Shown: piece after piece, positions 1 to 6,054 of the stretch
Layout: each line of letters begins with the position of its first letter
Numbering within the stretch: position 1 is the first letter of the stretch
Source of the DNA: Octopus sinensis
Taxonomy: Eukaryota
NCBI RefSeq assembly: GCF_006345805.1
Contig: NW_021828700.1
Span: 1 to 7,986 of the forward strand
Reading direction: 5' to 3'
DNA length: 7,986 nt
Position numbers and translations under genes: made by a program
Notes under the pieces: generated by a model
Told to the model about the DNA's origin: nothing
The model's input: the letters and a program-made list of their open reading frames with translations, nothing else
Database searches by the model: none

Positions 1-180
1 CCCTCCCCCCAACATCGCTTGACAACCGATGCTAGTGTGTTTACGTCCCCGTAAGAGACCGATAGAATAAGTACTAGGCTTACAATGAATAAGTCTTGGG
101 GTCAATTTGCTCGACTAAAGGCTGTGCCCCAGCATGGCCGCAGTCAAATGACTGAAACAAGTAAAAGAGTAAAGGAGTAT
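1..180 (+). mobile_element. 3' half of SINE family 1 (tRNA-like head, internal microsatellite, conserved tail); 5' part lies outside the window
   Basis: Aligns by eye with 7058-7243 (cccaacatcgctt..caaccgatgct..aagtactaggcttaca..gactaaag..cagcatggcc.cagtcaaatgactgaaacaagtaaaagagta) and with the reverse complement of 504-700. Ends in an A-rich GTAAAA(G)A-type tail. Confidence 0.85.
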
Positions 181-195
181 ATTGCCTATAACAGA

Positions 196-256
196 CCCAA
201 AAGTGGTGCCCCTTTAAAAGTTCCACCCGGGGTGGCCGCCCCTAGCTACGCTAGTG
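196..256 (-). mobile_element. Possible single terminus of a non-autonomous DNA element (class uncertain)
   Basis: The minus strand from 256 reads CACTAGCGTAGCTAGGGGCGGCCACCCCGGGTGG, resembling the CAGTGGCGTAGCTAG...GCCCCGGGTG termini I recall from animal MITEs (13/15 at the end). It is a GC-rich island with short hairpins CCACC-CGG-GGTGG (223-235) and CTAGC-TAC-GCTAG (242-254). No partner TIR is visible. Confidence 0.35.
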
Positions 257-289
257 CCCACATCACTAGTCACAATGCGCTTTCTCGCT

Positions 290-486
290 TTGTTTTAGTT
301 TTCGAATCATGCCACCCCGCTAGCGAAGCGGGTAAGCCAACATCCCGATGAACAGAACGCTAGTCCATTGCAGGGGTTTCCCATATATAACTGAGAGGAT
401 TGAAACAACGTGAAACGAAATGTTATGCTCAAAAGCGGACCGCAACCACCGGTCTCCATCGGAACACCTTGGCCACGCGCCTTCAC
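290..486 (-). mobile_element. Degenerate CORE-like tRNA-derived SINE with an internally deleted head
   Basis: The minus strand starts GTGAAGGCGCGTGGC at 486 (tRNA-like 5' end) and continues TTGAGCATAACATTTCGTTTCACGTTGTTTCAATCCTCTCAGTTATATATGGG, similar to the CORE domain pattern of MIR-type SINEs (..GCAA..CACTT....C..T....CAG..GT.AAATGGG). The 3' boundary is approximate. Confidence 0.6.
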
Positions 487-503
487 ATGTTCATATATAT
501 ATG

Positions 504-944
504 TATTCTTTTATTCTTTTACTTGTTTCAGTCATGATTGCGGCCATGCTGGAGCACCAAATTGAAGGCTTTTAGTCGAACAAGCCCAGAAACCACTTTT
601 TAAAAAGCCAATTACTTGCCCGATCGGTCTATTTTCACCGAAATGCTAAGCTACGGGGACATAAACACGCCAACATCGGTTGTCAGGAGGTGATGGGGGG
701 ACAAGCACAGACACAAAGACATAGGCACATAGATGTATACATACATATATACATTAATACACACACACACATATCTACATACGATGGTCTTCCTTCAGTT
801 TCCGTCAACCAAATCCACTTACAAGAGTTTGGTCAGCCTGGGGCTATAGTAGAAGACCACTTGCACTGGGTGCCACGCAGCGGGACTGAACCCGAAAGCC
901 TGTCGTTGAGAAGCAAGCTCCTTACCATACAGCCACGCCTGCGC
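504..944 (-). mobile_element. Near full-length SINE family 1 copy
   Basis: The minus strand begins GCGCAGGCGTGGCTGTATGGTAAG (cf. 6499 GCGCAGGCGTGGTTGTGTGGTAAG) and has a B-box-like GGTTCAGTCCC, the shared TCTTCTACTATAG...GGATTTGG..GACGGAAACTGAA segment, an internal (TG)/(TA) microsatellite (~715-780), and the same tail as 1-180 and 7058-7243. Confidence 0.9.
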
Positions 945-969
945 TTTTTTATGTATACTTTTATATTAG

Positions 970-1024
970 CAAATGAGGTAATACCTAATAATTAGCTAAT
1001 GAGATTACGAAACAGCTGTAAATG
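970..1024 (+). ncRNA. Degenerate minimal type I hammerhead-ribozyme-like relic
   Basis: CTAATGA (996-1002; CUGAUGA with G5>A), G-ATTA-C, GAAA (1009-1012), palindromic helix III ACAGCTGT (1012-1019), then A (GUA triplet). Helix I does not pair properly. An upstream duplicate ATTAGCAAATGAG (965-977) matches ATTAGCTAATGAG (991-1003). Confidence 0.4.
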
Positions 1025-1072
1025 AATGAAATAAACATCTATTCTCTCATCTCACTTTTCATATCTGTTCTA

Positions 1073-1075
<3 letters not shown>

Positions 1076-1117
<42 letters not shown>

Positions 1118-1212
1118 CTTCGAAATAATATATAAATATATGCATATATACATACATGTAAACATGTAAGTACATACCTACATATATATATGTATATATA
1201 CATGCATATATG
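1076..1212. repeat. (TA)n microsatellite and TA/CATA low-complexity tract
   Basis: Pure (TA) run ~1076-1110, followed by degenerate TA/TACA repeats. Confidence 0.95.
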
Positions 1213-1590
1213 ACTCCCTACTTTCGAAACGCGGAGTAGATAAAACATGGAACAGCTGATGAAGCGAATGTTCTTTATGTTGCCTGTCTCGTTTCTCTAT
1301 TTGTTTCTTTCGTTGTTCGAAAAAAAGTTCATTTTCTATGTTTTTGTTTTTTATGTTCTAGTTTCTCATTTTGTTCACGTTTTTTGATGTCCTGTACCCA
1401 TATATGCATAGATCGCTAGCCACTACCCATTCTTTATTTTCGCTCCTTGTTTCTTTCTGTGTTTAATTTCTGTGAAAGAGCGTAGGCTCGAAACGTTAAA
1501 GACTTTTCACTTCCTGAGCGTTATACTAATACATCTGTTTGTTGTTGTCTACACCCCCTGTCTTCGTCCCTTACTTTTTGTGAATTCTCC
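1213..1590 (+). mobile_element. Probable non-autonomous Penelope-like (PLE) derived repeat carrying hammerhead motifs, between TA-rich tracts
   Basis: Contains GAAACGCG (1226-1233), CTGATGAAG (1256-1264), a T-rich body and a hammerhead-like fold at 1467-1500, flanked by TA microsatellite on both sides. Minimal type I hammerheads are an established feature of PLE terminal repeats. No RT or GIY-YIG ORF is present, and boundaries are approximate. Confidence 0.45.
1467..1500 (+). ncRNA. Minimal type I hammerhead ribozyme-like motif with a variant core
   Basis: Helix I TTT(1467-69)/AAA(1498-1500); core CTGTGAAA (1470-77, vs CUGAUGA+A); helix II GAGC-gtag-GCTC (1478-89, 4 bp); GAAA (1490-93); palindromic ACGT helix III (1493-96); putative GUU cleavage after 1497. 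Confidence 0.6.
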
Positions 1591-1591
1591 C

Positions 1592-1736
1592 CCTATATAT
1601 ACATATATATGTAGGTATGTACATATCACAGCTCATAAGCTGAAACTAGAATCAATCAATCAATCATATGCATATATATATATAAATATTATTTATATTA
1701 TGTATGTATGTATGTATGTATGTGCATATATATATA
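1592..1736. repeat. TA/TATG low-complexity tract including (TATG)n
   Basis: Degenerate TA runs, (ATCA)3 and (TATG)5-6 near 1698-1722. Confidence 0.85.
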
Positions 1737-1836
1737 GGTGAAGGATTATGATTAATCAAAGGACGTACTAAATATGTCTACCTGCTGGAAATAACAGTCA
1801 AAACTCTTGTCCCTTGATTAATTGTAATCCTTCAGC
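1737..1836. mobile_element. ~100 bp fold-back element (MITE-like) flanked by TA
   Basis: Arms 1734-1764 and 1809-1839 are reverse complements: 27/31 Watson-Crick, 2 G.T, 2 mismatches, with a 44-nt spacer. TA lies immediately outside both ends (1735-36, 1837-38), consistent with a TA target-site duplication. Confidence 0.6.
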
Positions 1837-1879
1837 TATTTCGTAAATTATTTTTTCACATGAGTTATTTGCTCCGTAT

Positions 1880-1881
<2 letters not shown>

Positions 1882-1915
<34 letters not shown>
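1882..1915. repeat. (AT)17 microsatellite
   Basis: Uninterrupted AT dinucleotide run. Confidence 0.95.
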
Positions 1916-1918
<3 letters not shown>

Positions 1919-1978
1919 GTACAGTATGTCTCTCACATATATTATCACCTAACCATCGTATCTTGCATATGTTTCCAG

Positions 1979-2150
1979 CTGACTAGGTCGAAACACCCGT
2001 CTTTTCACTGTGTGTGACGGATACATTGCACTAATCACAAGATCTATTTGTGTCTTACATCCTTTTTGGAAAAGACTGAATATCCATTGCCCGATGAAGT
2101 GCAGCATGCGTTGTGGCATACTACCGCAGTTACATGGGTTTCTGGCTACG
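1979..2150 (+). other. Candidate spliced exon (172 nt); host gene and reading frame unresolved
   Basis: Branch-like CTAAC (1949-53), TCTTGCATATGTTTCCAG acceptor ending 1978, donor ACG|GTAAGA at 2150/2151, and non-repetitive higher-complexity sequence between them. All three frames from 1979 contain an early stop (1980-82 TGA, 1984-86 TAG, 2015-17 TGA). Confidence 0.45.
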
Positions 2151-2475
2151 GTAAGAGGTTGTTTGCCCTCTGTTTATACACTTCGTCTACTTACGAAAAA
2201 AGAAAAAAAAAACACAATTTCATACCAAACAACGAAACGGTCTACATGCTTCGTAGTCGTTAATGTTGCTACTGTCGTTGTTGTTTTTGCTTCTAACACT
2301 GTCACCCACAACTGTTTCAGTGCTAATAAAGTCTGTTCAATAATCCCTTTCATTTTCATTTACGGCGTTGCGTGTGTTGGTGCATTTAAAATACCTCGCG
2401 AAATTTATTCTGTTAAGACTAATGTAAAAAGCCAAACTTTCAAACCTATCTGGTCTTAGACCAATGGACAACAAA

Positions 2476-2494
2476 GACGACGACGACGACGACG

Positions 2495-2534
<40 letters not shown>

Positions 2535-2553
2535 CGATAATAATATTAATAAT
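2476..2553. repeat. Compound microsatellite (GAC)7(AAC)13 followed by degenerate (AAT)n
   Basis: Read directly from the sequence. Confidence 0.95.
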
Positions 2554-3058
2554 GCCCTGATGCCTTACCAGACAGGGGCTCCCATGGCTGCTGATCTTAA
2601 CTGACTGAATGTTTTATCCTGCACATTGTTTTGTCTTGGTATAAAAGATGGGCTACAGCAAATATTCTGCTCAATGTCACTTGCTTGTCAGTTGTTTGAC
2701 CTTGACCAGTTGAGCATGTCCCTTAGTAGTGGGGGTGCATCATAGCCGTCTGTTGAAAGGAATTCTTGGAGATTTGGATAATTCACCTCTGGAAACATGG
2801 GTGTTTCGTTCAACATCCTTAAACAATCCTTATTCAAGAACCTTTTGAGCGGGACGGGCTACTTGGCCAGAAAATTCTAACTGGGCCCCCACCTGCAAGA
2901 TCATGCGCTGTTTATCTTCATATGATATCACCATGTCCTGCACAGAGTGATGCATGTGCCTGGTGTACCCTTATGAGACAGGTTGCCATGATGGGTACAC
3001 TGGGCTTCGTATATTTTACCCCAGCGTCAATTTGATGGCATGCACTGCTCTTTCACTC
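2554..3058 (+). mobile_element. Unclassified (AAT)n-embedded interspersed element, copy 1 (505 bp, with internal deletions)
   Basis: Collinear with 3151-3702 from CCCTGATGC to CACTC, roughly 85-90% similar by eye; lacks the 38 nt corresponding to 3329-3366; (AAT)n on both sides. Orientation is inferred from the 3' hairpins plus AAT tail and is tentative. Confidence 0.8.
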
Positions 3059-3077
3059 AATAATAATAATGATGATG

Positions 3078-3142
<65 letters not shown>

Positions 3143-3150
3143 TAATAAAT
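3059..3150. repeat. (AAT)n microsatellite with a short (GAT)3 interruption
   Basis: Read directly; separates the two element copies. Confidence 0.95.
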
Positions 3151-3702
3151 TCCCTGATGCAGTACCAGGCAGAGGCTCTCATGGCTTCTGATCTTAACTG
3201 ATTGGAAGTGTTATCATGTACATTGTTTTGTCTTGGTAATAAAAGATGGCTACAGCAAATATTCTGCTCAATACCACAGATTTGCTTGTCAGTTGTTTGA
3301 CCTTAACCAGTTGAGCATGTCTCTTAGTGGCTGACGATATGTGCATCTCTGATCACGAGCAGAAGTAGTGGGGGAGCATCATAGCCAGTGTTGAGAAGGA
3401 TTCTTGGGGTTTGAATAATTCACCTCTGGAAACATGGGTGTTTCGTTCAATGTCCTTAAACAACCCTTATTCAGGGACCTTTTGAGCGGGATGGGTTACT
3501 CGATCTGAAGAAAATTCTAACTGGGCCCCACCTGCAAGGTCATGTGCTGTTTATCTTGATATGAGATCACCATGTCGCGCACATATGGTTGTGATGCATG
3601 TGCCTGGTGTACCCTTATCAGACGGGTAGTCATGATGGGTATACTGGGCTTCGTATATTTTACCCCAGTGTCACTTTGATGGCATGCTCTGCTCGCTCAC
3701 TC
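3151..3702 (+). mobile_element. Unclassified (AAT)n-embedded interspersed element, copy 2 (552 bp, more complete)
   Basis: Same start (CCCTGATGC) and end (CACTC+AATAAT) as copy 1. No long ORF, no TIR, no TG..CA LTR ends and no B-box. Confidence 0.8.
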
Positions 3703-3738
<36 letters not shown>

Positions 3739-3745
3739 TAATAAT
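3703..3745. repeat. (AAT)n microsatellite; also reads as the (ATT)n tail of the adjacent minus-strand SINE
   Basis: Directly abuts GATTTCAAATTT, the reverse complement of the family-2 3' end AAATTTGAAATC-ATTATT. Confidence 0.9.
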
Positions 3746-3922
3746 GATTTCAAATTTGGGCCCTAGGCCAACAGATTCGGATTAGCGGGTAAGTCGATTA
3801 CCGTAACCACAAAAGGATGAAAAGTTAAGGTCGACTACGAGAGAATTTGAACTGAGAACGTAAAACCGGAAGAAGCGCCACTCAGGCTTCCGTATAGCGT
3901 GCTAACGATTCTGCCAGCTCGG
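3746..3922 (-). mobile_element. SINE family 2 copy with an intact tRNA-like head and an internal deletion
   Basis: The minus strand reads CCGAGCTGGCAGAATCGTTAGCACG (A-box-like head), CAGTTCAAATTC (B-box-like), GTCGAC..T..CTTTTCATCCTTT, and a 3' end AATCGACTTA...AAATTTGAAATC matching 5476-6054. Confidence 0.8.
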
Positions 3923-4218
3923 AAGTTGTACGTATAAAACAACTTAGATAAAGATATCTGTACCAAACATGCCACGCGTGATTTTATGGAGTACCTCAGT
4001 AGATACAGACATATACAATGTAGGAAATGACAATATATAAAAATACCCATAGCAGGCACCAAACATATGCATTATCTAAATTACTTTAAAAAAAAAAAGA
4101 AATGAACAAGACAATAAACCACTGTTCGTTTCCAAGGCACAACCGATCTGTGCTCGGTTGTGCAACGAAAGCAATGCAATAACGAAAAGAAATAATAAAT
4201 TCTACCGCAAAAAAATTG

Positions 4219-4377
<159 letters not shown>

Positions 4378-4714
4378 CTAGATATAAGCACATCCATATA
4401 TAATATTAGGTTTATATTCCGTATGGAAATAGGTGCAAGATTGGTGCAGCGTATGTGAACCATTTAGTTTTTGAGTTGAATTTATCAATGACAAAAATCC
4501 ATTGGTGGTTGGTAGGGAAGATATTTATGGAGGCATGCCTTGTTGCACAAGAATCTCATTTGTGTTCACTCTGTCGAGAAACTGCATGTAAATATATTGA
4601 ACGTTATGCGCATATTTCAGCAGACATGTGCATATGTGCACATCTCCTTTTGTGTGCTTCCAGCGAAAATGAAAAGAGGCTTTTGGTTTGCTCAGTAATA
4701 AACATATATAGATG

Positions 4715-5010
4715 TGTGTTTCTGTGTGCTTATTTGGATGCATGTATGTATGTATATTTTCATATATATATATATATATATGCATGAATTATGTCTATTG
4801 TGTATGATATATATATGTACAAAAAATCGACGAATGTATGCATTTTTGCATATATATGTGCATAAATATATGAATATATATGAGTATTTAGACAAATGCA
4901 AATATATATGGATGTTTGAGTATATAAAGTACGCGCGTACGCATATACACACAAAACGCCCTCGCGTATGTATGTGTAGATCGGTGTGCTTATGAATAGA
5001 TAGATGGATG
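4715..5010. repeat. TA/TATG/CATA low-complexity region
   Basis: Degenerate dinucleotide and tetranucleotide repeats, including a pure (AT) run ~4762-4781. Confidence 0.8.
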
Positions 5011-5049
5011 TAGAAATGTGCCAGGTTATATATACGATTCCTATTGTGA

Positions 5050-5207
5050 ATGTGTAGTTAAAAATTTCGATTTGTGACCAGTTGGGCGTTCTGAGTTCGA
5101 TCCCATCCTGCAGCACCTTGGCCAACGATAATGATCTCGCGCCACATATTGATCCAATATCTTGTGATTGGAACTTGGTAACCGGAGACTGTGTAGAAAC
5201 CGGTCGC
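5050..5207 (+). mobile_element. Strongly diverged head of a SINE family 1-related element
   Basis: B-box-like GAGTTCGATCCC (5093-5104), then GCACCTTGGCCAA and CTTGTGATTGGAACTTGGTAACCGGAGACTGTGTAGAAACCGGTCG, collinear with 6826-6914 (GCACCTTGGGCAA..GTGTGAGTGGATTTGGTAGACGAAACTGAAAGAAGCCGTCG). A microsatellite follows, as in the other copies. Confidence 0.6.
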
Positions 5208-5208
5208 G

Positions 5209-5210
<2 letters not shown>

Positions 5211-5252
<42 letters not shown>

Positions 5253-5335
5253 TGCATACATACATACATACAAGCACGCATACATACATAGATGCACGCA
5301 TACATACATAAATACATACATACATGCATGCATGC
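5211..5335. repeat. (CA)20 followed by (CATA)/(CATG)-type repeats
   Basis: Read directly. Confidence 0.95.
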
Positions 5336-5475
5336 AATACGATATGGCGTATCTTGTGTATACATTACCATTGTTTTCATTGTCTATCATTTGAAGCCCT
5401 GGTTCATTGGAAATATTTCTCATTTTTATATAACATAGTTATAAGCATTTGCTGAAAAACAATTTCCATTATTAA

Positions 5476-5684
5476 TAGCACGCTGGGCGAATTGCTTAGC
5501 GGTATTTCGTCTGCCTTTGCGTTCTGAGGTCAAATTCTGCCGAAGTTGACTTTGCCTTTCATCCTTTTTGGGTCGATTAAATAAGCACCAGTTACACACT
5601 GTGGTCGATATAATCGACTTAATCCGTTTGCCAGTCCTTGTTTGTCCTCTCTGTGTTTAGCCCCTTGTGGATAGTAAAGAAATA
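5476..5684 (+). mobile_element. SINE family 2 unit A (5'-truncated, with an alternative CCCCTTGTGG..AAAGAAATA tail)
   Basis: TAGCACGCTGGGCGAATTGCTTAGCGGTATTTCG..GTCAAATT..GACTTTGCCTTTCATCCTTT..GGTCGATTAAATAAG.ACCAGTT...ACTG.GGTCGATATAATCGAC, shared with units B, C and 3746-3922. Confidence 0.85.
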
Positions 5685-5857
5685 GATATTTTGTCTGCTA
5701 CTAAATTCTGAGTTCAAATTTTACCGAGGTCGACTTTGCCTTTCAGCCTTTTGGATTCGATAAATTAAATACCAGTTGAACACTGGGGTCGATGTAATCG
5801 ACACATCCCCTCCCCCAAAATGGCTGCCATTGTGGAAAAATTTGAAGCCATTAGTAA
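5685..5857 (+). mobile_element. SINE family 2 unit B (5'-truncated, fused to unit A)
   Basis: GAGTTCAAATT (5710-5720), GGTCGACTTTGCCTTTCA, CCAGTTGAACACTGGGGTCGATGTAATCGAC; ends AAATTTGAAGCCATTAGTAA. Confidence 0.85.
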
Positions 5858-6054
5858 TAGCACACCGGGCGAAATGCTCAGTGGTATTTCATCCGTCTTT
5901 ACGTTCTGATTTCAAATTCCGTTAGGGTCGACTTTGCCTTTCGTCCATTTTGGGTCAATAAAAAACAGTACCAGTTGAGCACTGGGACCGATGTAATAAC
6001 CTTTCACCCTCCCCCGAAATTGCTGGCCTTGTGCCAAATGCTGAAACCATTATT
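5858..6054 (+). mobile_element. SINE family 2 unit C (5'-truncated at the same point as unit A)
   Basis: TAGCACACCGGGCGAAATGCTCAGTGGTATTTC..TTCAAATTCC..GGTCGACTTTGCCTTTC..CCAGTTGAGCACTGGG; ends GCTGAAACCATTATT. Confidence 0.85.

Noticed and set aside
85-351. 88-aa ORF
   Set aside because: It spans a SINE tail, a GC-rich element end and a second SINE, so it is a chance open frame.
2554-2620. HDV-like ribozyme at the 5' end of the 550 bp element (P3-like GGC-TC(C/T)CATG-GCT); also tested on the - strand (GCC-TCTGCCT-GGT)
   Set aside because: No conserved 7-bp P1, no GG for P1.1 and no convincing J4/2 in both copies.
2640-2647. TATA box (TATAAAAG) suggesting an LTR or internal pol II promoter in the 550 bp element
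   Set aside because: Copy 2 reads TAATAAAAG at the same place, there are no TG..CA ends, and such motifs are common in AT-rich DNA.
3425-3480. Minus-strand hammerhead in the 550 bp element (CTGAATAAG...GAAAC-ACCCAT-GTT)
   Set aside because: The core is non-canonical, helix I does not pair, and copy 1 has TTGAATAAG.
2554-3745. CRISPR-like or satellite array interpretation of repeat-spacer alternation
   Set aside because: The sequence is eukaryotic, the long units are the similar parts, the separators are variable-length microsatellites, and there are no cas genes.
3895-3922. Functional tRNA genes at the SINE heads (also 900-944 and 6499-6565)
   Set aside because: A-box and B-box-like motifs are present, but there is no complete cloverleaf and each continues into a repeated SINE body.
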